DNA of 64,000 nt from Oscillospiraceae bacterium (lineage in GTDB: Bacteria; Bacillota; Clostridia; Oscillospirales; CAG-272): positions 9,401-73,400 of the forward strand of contig SVRT01000011.1 in assembly GCA_015064685.1 (NCBI GenBank), in the 5' to 3' direction. This document shows positions 29,297-39,223 of this stretch, piece by piece (the stretch's first letter is position 1; each line of letters opens with the position of its first letter). The notes under the pieces are model-generated. The model saw nothing but the letters and a program-made list of their open reading frames with translations. It was not told the origin of the DNA and did not search any database. The position numbers and the translations under genes are program-made.

Positions 29297-29710
29297 TTAT
29301 AACTTTTTTGCATACATCTTCATCATGATCTCTTCGCCCTCAAAGGAAACGTCGCACATCTTTTCAAACATCTTTGTGCCGCCGATTCCGAGCTCGAAAT
29401 TGTTGTCATCCTTCCAGTTGAATGAGATCTTTGCATTCTTGCCTGCAAGGAAGCTGATCTCGCAATGATCGTTCTCGTTCTCTGCCTTTACCTTTACAAG
29501 AGTAAGACCTCTTGCGAAGTCGGACGAGCCGCAGGTTACGGTTACATAGTTCTTTTCGTTGGGAGATACCATTGTCGTCTCTTGGCTATCGTTCTTGATT
29601 TCCTTGAGGACCTTGAATGCTGCAAATCCACCTGCTGTTGCAGCGGCAACACCTGCGGTGATACCTAAGATCATTCCTACGATTCCGTTTGTTCCGTTTT
29701 TCTGTGACAT
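29297..29710 (-). CDS. Small membrane-anchored hypothetical protein
   Basis: Start moved to MSQKNG at 29710 because GGAGGG lies 7 nt upstream. It has one N-terminal TM helix (IVGMILGITAGVAAATAGGFAAF) and then a region of about 90 aa that looks beta-rich. Confidence 0.55.
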   Translation of the reverse strand: MSQKNGTNGIVGMILGITAGVAAATAGGFAAFKVLKEIKNDSQETTMVSPNEKNYVTVTCGSSDFARGLTLVKVKAENENDHCEISFLAGKNAKISFNWKDDNNFELGIGGTKMFEKMCDVSFEGEEIMMKMYAKKL

Positions 29711-29728
29711 AATTTTACCCTCCAAATT

Positions 29729-30403
29729 TTATTTAGATAAATTGTTTTCTTTCTTTATCAGCTCGATGACGTCTGAAAGACTGTTCACCGTTGCATACGT
29801 TACTTTGTCGGTTTCCTCTGTAGGTCTTAAGAGATCGGGTATGAGTATCGGGAGCATATTCGCCGCATCTGCCGCAAATATTCCGCTGTATGAGTCCTCG
29901 CAGACGATACATTCCGCAGGATCACTTACACCGATCCTTTTACCTGCCTCAATGAAAATATCGGGAGCCGGCTTGCCGTTTTTGACCATTGATGCGGTTA
30001 CGATGGCGTCAAAATAGTCATAAAGCTCAACTCTATTAAGGTTTGCATCCGTGATGTCGGGTGCAGTAGAAGTCGCTACCGCCATAGGGATATTTTGCGA
30101 TCTAAGAAAGTCAAGTAGCTCCCTACATCCATTTTTCAGCCGAAGTTCCTTTGAAACAAGACTGTGATAGAGAGCCATTCTTTCGTTCATAAAGCCCTCG
30201 GAATCAAAGTCCTCGCCGAAATGGTCCTTCAAGACTTGCTTGGAGCTTGCGACGCTTCTTCCGCAGATAAATGGGACGTACATATTCTCCATAGTCTCAT
30301 GGTCGAGTCCCCATTTGTCACCCATTTCAACCCACGAACGCATATACACGGACTCGGTATCGAGGAGTGTACCGTCCATATCGAATATTGCGTATTTTAT
30401 CAT
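29729..30403 (-). CDS. HAD-superfamily hydrolase (beta-phosphoglucomutase-like subfamily IA)
   Basis: FDMDGTLLDTE motif I. Start moved to MIKYAIF at 30403, 13 nt after the tgt stop, with an RBS-like GAGAGGG upstream. Confidence 0.8.
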   Translation of the reverse strand: MIKYAIFDMDGTLLDTESVYMRSWVEMGDKWGLDHETMENMYVPFICGRSVASSKQVLKDHFGEDFDSEGFMNERMALYHSLVSKELRLKNGCRELLDFLRSQNIPMAVATSTAPDITDANLNRVELYDYFDAIVTASMVKNGKPAPDIFIEAGKRIGVSDPAECIVCEDSYSGIFAADAANMLPILIPDLLRPTEETDKVTYATVNSLSDVIELIKKENNLSK

Positions 30404-30416
30404 TTCATCTGCCCTC

Positions 30417-31553
30417 TCAATCGGGATTTCTCTCTCCGAGTGCAACATGATACTTTTGATAGAAGCTTTCGAAATATCCTCCGTCAAGCGCCTCTCTTAT
30501 CTTTCTTGTAAGGTTGTTATAGAAATAGAGATTGTGCTGCACCGCAAGCCTCATACCGAGTGATTCCTTTGCCTTGATGAGGTGTCTGATGTAGGAACGG
30601 CTGTAATTGCGGCAGGTAGGACAGTCGCAGGAAAGCGATATTGGACGGGGATCCTTTGCATACTTTTCGTTGCAGATATTCATCTTTCCTTCCCAGGTAA
30701 AGAGGTTACCATGGCGAGCATTTCTCGACGGCATTACGCAGTCGAAGAAATCAACTCCCATATGCACCGCCTCGAGGATATTGCAGGGTGTTCCGACACC
30801 CATAAGGTATCTCGGCTTATCCTTAGGCATAAAGGGCTCTACCGCATCGATTATACGGTACATCTCCTCTGTCTCCTCGCCTACGGCAAGTCCTCCGATA
30901 GCATATCCCTCACAGTTTATCTCCGATATTCTCTGCATATGCTCGATACGGAGATCCTCATACGTTCCGCCCTGGTTAATACCAAAGAGCATCTGATGAC
31001 GGTTGATAGTCTCGGGAAGCGAATTGAGTCTGTCCATCTCGGCGCGGCATCTCTCGAGCCAACGCGTCGTTCTGTCTATCGAATTTCTTACGTACTTATA
31101 GGGTGCGGGGTTCTCGATGCACTCGTCAAATGCCATCGCGATCGTGGACGCGAGGTTCGACTGTATCTGCATGCTCTCCTCGGGTCCCATAAATATCTTC
31201 TTACCGTCTACGTGGGATTGGAATCTTACGCCCTCCTCGGTTATCTTACGAAGCTGTGCGAGCGAAAACACCTGGAATCCACCCGAGTCGGTAAGTATCG
31301 GCTTCTGCCAATTCATAAATTTGTGAAGTCCGCCCATTTCATAAATGAGCCTGTCACCCGGACGGATGTGAAGGTGATAGGTATTTGAAAGCTCTACCTG
31401 ACAGTCGATCTCTTCAAGCTCGACTGTAGATACTCCTCCCTTTATTGCGGCACACGTGCCGACGTTCATAAACACGGGAGTCTGTATATCTCCGTGTACG
31501 GTATGGAGAACGCCTCTGCGCGCTCTGCCATCCTGCGCTAAAAGTTCAAACAT
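30417..31553 (-). CDS. tgt: tRNA-guanine transglycosylase (queuine tRNA-ribosyltransferase)
   Basis: ARRGVLHTVHGDIQTPVFMNVGT, the DSGGFQV catalytic motif, and the zinc site CDCPTC...H. Start moved to MFELL at 31553 (AAGGAG upstream). Confidence 0.95.
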   Translation of the reverse strand: MFELLAQDGRARRGVLHTVHGDIQTPVFMNVGTCAAIKGGVSTVELEEIDCQVELSNTYHLHIRPGDRLIYEMGGLHKFMNWQKPILTDSGGFQVFSLAQLRKITEEGVRFQSHVDGKKIFMGPEESMQIQSNLASTIAMAFDECIENPAPYKYVRNSIDRTTRWLERCRAEMDRLNSLPETINRHQMLFGINQGGTYEDLRIEHMQRISEINCEGYAIGGLAVGEETEEMYRIIDAVEPFMPKDKPRYLMGVGTPCNILEAVHMGVDFFDCVMPSRNARHGNLFTWEGKMNICNEKYAKDPRPISLSCDCPTCRNYSRSYIRHLIKAKESLGMRLAVQHNLYFYNNLTRKIREALDGGYFESFYQKYHVALGERNPD

Positions 31554-31612
31554 AACTTGGCTCCTTTTGCCCGAACGCAAAACAGTGCGATGGGCATCTA
31601 CTCTTTATTTTT

Positions 31613-33715
31613 TTACGTTCTTTCAAATTGTCTGTCTATACTTCTCTTCGACAGCTCCATAGCAACGGGGCGACCGTGAGGACAGAAGGTAATATCGGGG
31701 ATTCGCATAAGCTTCTCCACGACCCATTTCTGATAATCCTCCGGGTATTCCCGTCCGGCCTTTATCGCCGCCTTACAGGATGCCTGATAAAGCGCTTTTT
31801 CGAAAACGATGTTTCTGGTGATATCAACGCTTCCCGTTCCGTTCTTAATTCGATCGGCAATAACGGTGAACATATCAATGACAGCCTCCTGCTCTATACC
31901 TATCGGAAGCGCATTAACAAACACCATATTTCTCGATGAGGTAAATTCAAAACCTACCGCCTCGATCTCGCGTCTGTATTCCTCGATCGCCGCTACCTCG
32001 TCGCTCATGAGCATTATCTCTATCGGCAACATCAAAAGCTGAGAAGAGACCTCCGCGGAATACATATTAGATTTCAGCTCCTCGAACACTATCCTTTCGT
32101 GCGCGGCGTGCTTATCGATGATCAGGACCTTCTCTTCCACCTCAACCATAATGTATGAATGGAATGCCTCGCCAATTATCCTATATGAGGGAATAACCGG
32201 AGCATTCTCAGGTACAGCCGTCTGTTCAATCTGATCATTTTTAACCGTGGGCTTTTTTTCAGGCTTTTCACAAATCTGAGAAACAGCTTCATCTGTAGGA
32301 ACTTTACCCGTAATCTCTGCGATCCTCTTTTCGAATTCGATAAATCCGGGCATCTGTCTTACCTGCTCAGCGGTTATGGGATTCTCCTTTACCGCTTTGT
32401 CGTATGCCGCCTTTTCCTCGGGAGTTGTCATAAGATTTTCTCTGATATACTGCTCCACAGAAGGAACCTCGAGCTTTCCTTTTGGGGTCTCATCCGCGAT
32501 TTTCTCCTCTGCCTTCGGGATCGCCTTTTCCACCTTAACCGTATTGACAGTTGACTGTATCGGCTTTGATGTCATCTGCGACGTAGGCTGAGGATTCTTC
32601 ACAACGGAATGAAGCTGATCTATTGAGATCTGTCTGCTTTTCAAAGAGCCTTCACGTTCAACGGGTGCGAACGCATCCGACATTCTCACGGCATTGGTCT
32701 TCTGCACGACGATCTCAGGGCGGGTAGTATTCTCTTCAAGCGTCTGCTTTACTGCATAATATATCGCTTCAAATACAGGCTTTTCGTTTGAGAATTTGAC
32801 CTCAAGCTTTGCAGGATGCACGTTTACGTCCACTCTGTTTGGATTTAGTGACAGGAACAAAACGCAGACCGGAAACTTCTCGCTTGGCATGTAAGACGTA
32901 TACGCCTGCTCTATTGCCGCGCTTGCGGTTCTGCTCTTTATATAACGCTTGTTTATGTAAAAGTTCTCATAGTTGCGGTTGCTCTTGACGTTATCCGAGC
33001 GACCGATATATCCCTTGACGGTTATTCCGTCGTATTCACCCTTAACCTCAAGCAACCTGTTCGAAAAGTCGCGTCCGAATACAGCGTATATCGCACTGAT
33101 AAGCTTTCCGTCTCCTGCGGTCTCAAGCTTCACCTGTCCGTCGCAAATAAGCCTGAACGCTATCTCAGGGTGTGAGAGCGCTATTCGCTCGACGTTTGCA
33201 CACACAGCCGTAGTCTCGGTAACGTCTCGCTTTAAAAACTTTCTTCTTGCGGGAACGTTTGCAAAAAGATTCTCAACGATTATAGTCGTTCCGTTCGAGC
33301 AACCGCGCTCGGTTATTTCGCCCGCCTCGCCGTAGTGTATCTCAAACTCAGCACCGACAGTTGCATCGTGAGGTTTCGAGATTATTCTCACGTCAGACAC
33401 CGCGCTGATAGCCGCCAAAGCCTCGCCTCTGAATCCGAGCGTGCATATACCGTCAAGGTCCTCCGCATTTTTTATCTTGCTTGTCGCGTGTCTCATCACG
33501 GCTAAAGGAATATCCTCGGGCTCCATACCGCATCCGTCGTCGGATATGCGCATAAAGGTGATACCTCCGTTTTGTATCTCAACGGTGATATGTCTCGCCT
33601 CTGCGTCTATGGAGTTCTCTATCATTTCCTTTATTGCGGAAGCAGGTCTGTCAACGACCTCACCCGCAGCGATAAGATTGGCAACCTCAAAGGACAGAAG
33701 ATTTATTTTTGGCAT
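31613..33715 (-). CDS. mutL: DNA mismatch repair protein MutL
   Basis: N-terminal GHKL ATPase motif VANLIAAGEVVDRPASAIKEMIENSIDA. Confidence 0.95.
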   Translation of the reverse strand: MPKINLLSFEVANLIAAGEVVDRPASAIKEMIENSIDAEARHITVEIQNGGITFMRISDDGCGMEPEDIPLAVMRHATSKIKNAEDLDGICTLGFRGEALAAISAVSDVRIISKPHDATVGAEFEIHYGEAGEITERGCSNGTTIIVENLFANVPARRKFLKRDVTETTAVCANVERIALSHPEIAFRLICDGQVKLETAGDGKLISAIYAVFGRDFSNRLLEVKGEYDGITVKGYIGRSDNVKSNRNYENFYINKRYIKSRTASAAIEQAYTSYMPSEKFPVCVLFLSLNPNRVDVNVHPAKLEVKFSNEKPVFEAIYYAVKQTLEENTTRPEIVVQKTNAVRMSDAFAPVEREGSLKSRQISIDQLHSVVKNPQPTSQMTSKPIQSTVNTVKVEKAIPKAEEKIADETPKGKLEVPSVEQYIRENLMTTPEEKAAYDKAVKENPITAEQVRQMPGFIEFEKRIAEITGKVPTDEAVSQICEKPEKKPTVKNDQIEQTAVPENAPVIPSYRIIGEAFHSYIMVEVEEKVLIIDKHAAHERIVFEELKSNMYSAEVSSQLLMLPIEIMLMSDEVAAIEEYRREIEAVGFEFTSSRNMVFVNALPIGIEQEAVIDMFTVIADRIKNGTGSVDITRNIVFEKALYQASCKAAIKAGREYPEDYQKWVVEKLMRIPDITFCPHGRPVAMELSKRSIDRQFERT

Positions 33716-33740
33716 AAGTCTTTTCCCCTTTTACTCTTTC

Positions 33741-36338
33741 TTATCCAAGTCTTTTTTTCCAATCAAATACCAGCGTCATACACTCGTACGGTGAAAGTGT
33801 GTTAAGATCGGTATTCTTAATCTCATCGATTACCTGCTCGTTAACGAGATCGTCGAAGCTGATAAGGCTATCGTCCTTCTCATCGACCTTTTCCTCGACG
33901 GTGTCGGTGAGCTTGATATTCTTTGCGCTCTCCTCAACCGATGCAAGCACCTCTTTGGCGCGCTTTATTACCTCGTTAGGCAATCCTGCGAGCTTTGCGA
34001 CCTCTATACCGTAGCTATCATCAGTAGATCCGCGAACGATCTTACGAAGGAAAGTAATATTGTCTCCCCTCTTCTTCGCCGCAATATTATAGTTAACTAT
34101 ACCCTCAAACTCGTTTTCCATACTCGTAAGCTCGTGATAGTGAGTTGCGAAAAGCGTCTTCGCGCCTATTTTTCTGCTTGCGGTATACTCAACGATCGCT
34201 CTCGCGATGCTCATGCCGTCAAAGGTCGAGGTTCCGCGTCCGACTTCATCGTATATGATAAGGCTCTTTTTCGTAGCGTTACGAAGGATATACGCAACCT
34301 CGTTCATCTCAAGCATAAATGTCGATTGACCCGATGCAAGATCATCGGATGCTCCTACTCTTGTAAATATCTTATCCGTAATGCCTACCGTTGCCTCTGC
34401 CGCAGGTACGAACGAGCCGATCTGAGACATAAGCACTATCAGCGCGACCTGTCTCATATATGTCGATTTACCTGCCATATTGGGTCCGGTGATAAGAAGC
34501 AGTCTGTCTGTCTTCATATTGAGCAGCGTATCGTTCGGGACGAAATAGCTATCCTTTACGAACTGCTCTACCACAGGGTGACGTCCGTCCTTTATGATTA
34601 TCTCGTCCGAAGAGTTGACTTCGGGACGAATATATCTGTTTTTCGCCGCAACAGTTGCAAGGCTGTAATACGCGTCTATCTGCGCAATAAGCGAGGCGGA
34701 TTTCTGGATCCTCGTACTGTTTTCTGCAACGATCATTCTTATCTCACAGAAAAGATCATACTCAAGCTGACAGAGCTTATCCGATGCTCCAAGCACCTTT
34801 GCCTCCATTTCCTTGAGCTCCTCTGTAATATATCTTTCGCAGTTTGAGAGTGTCTGCTTTCTGATATATCTGTCGGGAACGAGAGATATCTGAGATTTAG
34901 TTACCTCTATGTAGAATCCGAACACTCGGTTGTAACCGACCTTAAGGTTCTTGATTCCGGTAGCCTCACGCTCGTTCTCGGCAATCTGCTCCTTCCACTC
35001 GTCTCCATGGTTGATTATCGTTCTGTACTCATCGACCTGCGCGTTATAGCCGTCAAGGATCATATTACCCTCGCGGACAGTGATAGGCGCATCCTCTGAA
35101 ATAGAACGGTCGATAAGCGCGCACACATCCTCGAGTGTATCAAGCTCCTCGTATATGCTTTGCATCTCGTTAGAGGTACATTCGCTAATAAGCTTTTTAA
35201 GCTCGGGGAGAATACGGGTACTGTTTGCGACAGCACGGAGATCACGCGCGTTCGCAGTGCCGTAGACTATCTTCGTCATAAGCCTCTCAAGGTCAAGCAC
35301 CTGGTCGAGAAGCTCAGATATCTGCTCGCGGAGCATAAAGTTATTGTAAAGCTCCTCTACTGCATTCTGTCTGCGAACTATCCTTGAGACGTTGATTAGC
35401 GGATGCTCCACCCATTTGCGCAAAAGTCGAGCACCGAGTGACGAGCGTGTCTTGTCAAGCACCCAAAGTAGAGTTCCCTTTTTCTCCTTGGTGCGAAGTG
35501 ACTCTGTAAGCTCGAGATTTCTTCTTGTGTTCACATCAAGCTCAAGATACTGATCGTTTGAGTAAAGGTTGAGCTTATTTATATACGAAATATCCTTCTT
35601 CTGCGTGTCCCTGATATAATCAAGCATTGCACCTACGGCACAAACGATCGCCTTGTCGGCTACATCCTCCTCGCGGAGGGTATCTGCAAACTGATTTTTG
35701 ATGCGCTCAAGACAGGTGTCGTACTCAAATCTCTTATATTGGCTATCGTTGAGCATAGCGTGAAGTCTGCCCTCAATAAACTTCGCATTTTCGGAAAATT
35801 TCAAGGAATTAAGATTCGTAACGACCTCAACGGGCGAATAGGTGCCAAGCTCATTCTGCAACTTCGCGTCGATTCCGTCACCCGAAATACTCGTTGCATA
35901 TATCTCCGCGGTGGAGATATCGCAAAAGCAGATTCCGTACTCAAATTCGCCGAGATAGAGCGAACAGAGGTAGTTATTCTTTTTATCCGACAAAAGCTCC
36001 GACTCGATTAGAGTTCCGGGGGTAATCACTCTGATAACGTCTCTCTTGACTATTCCCTTTGCCTCTGCGGGATTCTCCATCTGCTCACAGATCGCAATCT
36101 TGAAGCCCTGCTCGATAAGTCTGCCTATATAAGTGTCTACCGAGTGGAAAGGGACTCCGCACATGGGCGCTCTTTCGGCTTCTCCGCAATCTCTTCCTGT
36201 AAGAGTGAGATCGAGCGCGCGCGACGCTATTATGGCATCGTCAAAAAACATCTCGTAAAAGTCACCGAGACGGTAGAAAAGCAGATGATCCTTGTAATTC
36301 TTTTTTATCTCAAAATATTGCTCCATCATTGGAGTCAT
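33741..36338 (-). CDS. mutS: DNA mismatch repair protein MutS
   Basis: TPMMEQYFEIKKNYKDHLLFYRLGDFYEMFFDDA N-terminus. Walker A GPNMAGKST. Confidence 0.95.
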   Translation of the reverse strand: MTPMMEQYFEIKKNYKDHLLFYRLGDFYEMFFDDAIIASRALDLTLTGRDCGEAERAPMCGVPFHSVDTYIGRLIEQGFKIAICEQMENPAEAKGIVKRDVIRVITPGTLIESELLSDKKNNYLCSLYLGEFEYGICFCDISTAEIYATSISGDGIDAKLQNELGTYSPVEVVTNLNSLKFSENAKFIEGRLHAMLNDSQYKRFEYDTCLERIKNQFADTLREEDVADKAIVCAVGAMLDYIRDTQKKDISYINKLNLYSNDQYLELDVNTRRNLELTESLRTKEKKGTLLWVLDKTRSSLGARLLRKWVEHPLINVSRIVRRQNAVEELYNNFMLREQISELLDQVLDLERLMTKIVYGTANARDLRAVANSTRILPELKKLISECTSNEMQSIYEELDTLEDVCALIDRSISEDAPITVREGNMILDGYNAQVDEYRTIINHGDEWKEQIAENEREATGIKNLKVGYNRVFGFYIEVTKSQISLVPDRYIRKQTLSNCERYITEELKEMEAKVLGASDKLCQLEYDLFCEIRMIVAENSTRIQKSASLIAQIDAYYSLATVAAKNRYIRPEVNSSDEIIIKDGRHPVVEQFVKDSYFVPNDTLLNMKTDRLLLITGPNMAGKSTYMRQVALIVLMSQIGSFVPAAEATVGITDKIFTRVGASDDLASGQSTFMLEMNEVAYILRNATKKSLIIYDEVGRGTSTFDGMSIARAIVEYTASRKIGAKTLFATHYHELTSMENEFEGIVNYNIAAKKRGDNITFLRKIVRGSTDDSYGIEVAKLAGLPNEVIKRAKEVLASVEESAKNIKLTDTVEEKVDEKDDSLISFDDLVNEQVIDEIKNTDLNTLSPYECMTLVFDWKKRLG

Positions 36339-36372
36339 AGCGGTTTCCTCGCTTCTAAAATTTTCTCTGTTA

Positions 36373-36753
36373 TTAATGGCAGCCCGAGCAAGAGGAGCAA
36401 TCGTGCGTGCAGGGTGTCTGTCCCGTTGCGTTGAACATTATGGTGTTGTTTACTGTCTCCATAAGCTCGTTAACTGCAGCTTGAGCCTCGTCAAGCTCCT
36501 TGAAAATGGGATCCATAGTGATCTCGGCATATATCTCGTCGATTCTATCCTGAATTCTCGTTACCGCATCGGTATCGATCTCATCGCCGTCGCCCATCGT
36601 TGTGAGAGCCTGCTGCTGAATTCCGTATTCCATCATAAGGTTGCCGATCTTCTCGCTCGACTCGTAGGCTTCCTTTGCCTTTTCCATACGGATCATTCTC
36701 TCGTCTTCTCTGATTGCCTTTCCAAGCTCTGCTGCTAGTGAATAAATACTCAT
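36373..36753 (-). CDS. ymcA: YlbF/YmcA-family regulator (RicA-like) with a C-terminal cysteine cluster
   Basis: Helical, about 126 aa, directly downstream of miaB as ymcA follows ymcB in B. subtilis. C-terminus is CTHDCSSCSGCH. The likely start is MSIYSL at 36753; the ORF-track start is 36783. Confidence 0.65.
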   Translation of the reverse strand: MSIYSLAAELGKAIREDERMIRMEKAKEAYESSEKIGNLMMEYGIQQQALTTMGDGDEIDTDAVTRIQDRIDEIYAEITMDPIFKELDEAQAAVNELMETVNNTIMFNATGQTPCTHDCSSCSGCH

Positions 36754-36779
36754 TTTATTTTCCTCATTTCTGTGATTAA

Positions 36780-38213
36780 TCAAATTTTTTCGCCGTAGAG
36801 CGCAAAGGTCTCGGCGCGTGTTATTTTTATGGAGAGGAATTTTCCTATATCAGATTCGTCTCCGTCAAATAAAACTATCTTGTTTCCTTCACTTCGTCCC
36901 GAATATACGTTTTCATTGTTTTTACTCGGTCCGTCGCAAAGTACTTTAATTATTCTTCCCTCCATCGGCTTGTTTTTTTCAAGCGCGATAGCGTTTTGTG
37001 TTTCAAGAAGTCTGTTCATTCTCTCGCCCTTTATAGCGTCGGGTATCTGGCAATCCATCGCAGCGGCAGGTGTATCCTTTCTCGGCGAATAGATGAACGA
37101 ATAGGTCATATCGAACTTGACTCTGCGTAGCATGTCGAGCGTTGCCTCAAAATCCTCATCCGTCTCGCTGGGAAATCCGACTATAATATCCGAGGATATT
37201 GTTACGTCGGGAACTCTTTTGCGAAGATAGTCGACGGTGCGGAGATACTTTTCCGTGTCATAGTGGCGGTTCATTGCCTTGAGTATGCTGTCGCTTCCCG
37301 ACTGCATAGGCAGGTGAAACTGATGTGCTACGTGCTTTGATTCTGCTATAACGTCAATTAACTTATTCGAAGCGTCCTTCGGATGCGAGGTCATAAAGCG
37401 TATGTAGTAGTCGCCCTCGATCTTGTCAATATCTGCAAGAAGATCGGCAAAGTCGTATATCTCTCCGTCGTCGCTCTTGGCATCCTTGCCGTACGAGTTT
37501 ACGTTCTGTCCGAGGAGCGTAATGTCCTTATATCCTTGTTCAACAAGCTCCCTCACCTCAGCGATTATGTCATCGGGGCGACGGCTTCTCTCACGGCCGC
37601 GGACGTAAGGCACGATGCAATAGGTACAAAAGTTATTGCAACCGTACATTATCGAGACCCAGGCGCGATAGGTAGACTCACGATGTATCGGTATTCCCTC
37701 CGCAACGAGATATTCCTTTTCCTCGGGGCAATAAAGACGCTTTCCCCTTTGGATCTTCGTGTAAATAAGCTCGGGCAAACGGTGAAGCGACGATGTTCCA
37801 AGCACAAAATCAACGTAAGGATAGCTGTGCTTGATACCTTCTTTTCTGTGCTCCTGTGTAACCATACATCCGCACACACCTATAAGCATATCGGGCTTCG
37901 CGTTCTTAAGATGCTTATACTGGCCTATTATTGAAAGCGCTTTCTGCTCGGCATGTTCTCTTACAGCACAGGTGTTGACCATTATCAGATCGGCAAGTGC
38001 CGGCTCTGAGCATATTTCATAACCCATAGCAACACACATTCCCGCGATCTTTTCGCTGTCGGCTTCATTCTGCTGGCAACCGAAGGTCTGAACGAAGGCG
38101 TACTTTACCTCTCCCGCCGTCTCTTTTGCACCAAGCACCAAGGCTCTTATCTTCGCTATATATTCATTTTGCTTTTGCATTTCCGCATCGGGCAAAATTC
38201 TGTATTCTTTCAT
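36780..38213 (-). CDS. miaB: tRNA-i6A37 methylthiotransferase MiaB
   Basis: UPF0004 N-terminal region FVQTFGCQQNEADSE, radical-SAM motif CNNFCTYCIVP, and a TRAM C-terminal domain. Confidence 0.95.
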   Translation of the reverse strand: MKEYRILPDAEMQKQNEYIAKIRALVLGAKETAGEVKYAFVQTFGCQQNEADSEKIAGMCVAMGYEICSEPALADLIMVNTCAVREHAEQKALSIIGQYKHLKNAKPDMLIGVCGCMVTQEHRKEGIKHSYPYVDFVLGTSSLHRLPELIYTKIQRGKRLYCPEEKEYLVAEGIPIHRESTYRAWVSIMYGCNNFCTYCIVPYVRGRERSRRPDDIIAEVRELVEQGYKDITLLGQNVNSYGKDAKSDDGEIYDFADLLADIDKIEGDYYIRFMTSHPKDASNKLIDVIAESKHVAHQFHLPMQSGSDSILKAMNRHYDTEKYLRTVDYLRKRVPDVTISSDIIVGFPSETDEDFEATLDMLRRVKFDMTYSFIYSPRKDTPAAAMDCQIPDAIKGERMNRLLETQNAIALEKNKPMEGRIIKVLCDGPSKNNENVYSGRSEGNKIVLFDGDESDIGKFLSIKITRAETFALYGEKI

Positions 38214-38253
38214 TTATGCAATTCCTTGAGACATATATATTTATAGATAATAA

Positions 38254-38282
38254 ATTATATCATAAAAAACCATTAGTGTCAA
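38254..38282 (-). promoter_or_regulatory. Perfect consensus sigma-A promoter for the miaB-ricA-mutSL block
   Basis: Reverse strand reads TTGACA, 17 nt, TGaTATAAT. Confidence 0.55.
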
Positions 38283-38334
38283 GGGCTTGAACGACATTTT
38301 ATCGGCGTACGACATGGGTTTTGACGAAGACAAG

Positions 38335-38363
38335 TAAAAAAGGTCGCCTCAGCGACCTTTTTG
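38335..38363 (-). terminator. Intrinsic terminator after folD
   Basis: Stem ggtcgc / gcgacc extended by A/T runs, loop ctca. It lies 6 nt past the folD stop. Confidence 0.7.
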
Positions 38364-38368
38364 TACTT

Positions 38369-39223
38369 CTATTTCTCGCGAGCAATTTTTGCCGCAGTAA
38401 GTGTATTTTTGAGCAGCATCGTTATCGTCATAGGTCCTACACCGCCCGGAACGGGAGTGATGTAAGATGCCTTCGGCTCTACCTCGGAAAATGCGACGTC
38501 TCCGACGAGCTTTCCGCTATCAAGTCGGTTTATACCTACGTCGACTACGACAGCTCCCTCCTTGACCATATCTCCCTTAACAAATTCGGGCTTTCCGATA
38601 GATGCAACGAGTATATCGGCTTCACGGCAAATGTCCGCGAGCTTCTGTGTTTTGCTATGACAAACCGTTACAGTTCCGTTAGCGTGGAGCAAAAGCATCG
38701 CCATAGGCTTGCCTACGATATTTGATCGACCGATGACAACACACTTCTTTCCCGTCACGTCAATTCCCGACTTTTCAAGGAGTACCATTACTCCTGCGGG
38801 CGTGCAAGGAAGCAGGTCGTGATTGCCGATCATAATTTTTCCTACGTTATACGGATGAAATGCATCGACATCCTTTTCGGGCTTGATCCTCAGAAGCACT
38901 TCTGTTTCGTTGAGGTGCTTGGGGAGAGGCAGCTGAACGAGTATTCCGTGAATTTTTTCGTCATTGTTCAGCTTTTCAACGAGTGCATTCAACTCTTCCT
39001 GTGTCGTGCTTTCGTCAAGCTCATAGCTCTCGGAGTAAAATCCGACCTCCTCGCAGCCTCTTTTCTTGTTTCTGACGTAGACCTGCGATGCGGGATCATT
39101 GCCAACAATAACAACGGCAAGACCCGGTGCGCAATTGTATTTTTCCTTAAAGCTTACCACCTCTGCGGCGATCTCTTCTCTTACCTGTCGGCTTATTGCC
39201 TTTCCGTCAATTATCTGTGCCAT
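38369..39223 (-). CDS. folD: Bifunctional 5,10-methylene-THF dehydrogenase/cyclohydrolase
   Basis: [17 protein letters not shown] start at 39223 (the ORF-track start 39292 lies inside lgt). Conserved PGGVGPMT motif. Confidence 0.95.
   Translation of the reverse strand: MAQIIDGKAISRQVREEIAAEVVSFKEKYNCAPGLAVVIVGNDPASQVYVRNKKRGCEEVGFYSESYELDESTTQEELNALVEKLNNDEKIHGILVQLPLPKHLNETEVLLRIKPEKDVDAFHPYNVGKIMIGNHDLLPCTPAGVMVLLEKSGIDVTGKKCVVIGRSNIVGKPMAMLLLHANGTVTVCHSKTQKLADICREADILVASIGKPEFVKGDMVKEGAVVVDVGINRLDSGKLVGDVAFSEVEPKASYITPVPGGVGPMTITMLLKNTLTAAKIAREK

Noticed and set aside
34134-34847. 237-aa plus-strand ORF inside mutS
   Set aside because: It is antisense to the highly conserved MutS ATPase region. 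Its Cys/Arg-rich sequence is characteristic of reverse-frame translation.
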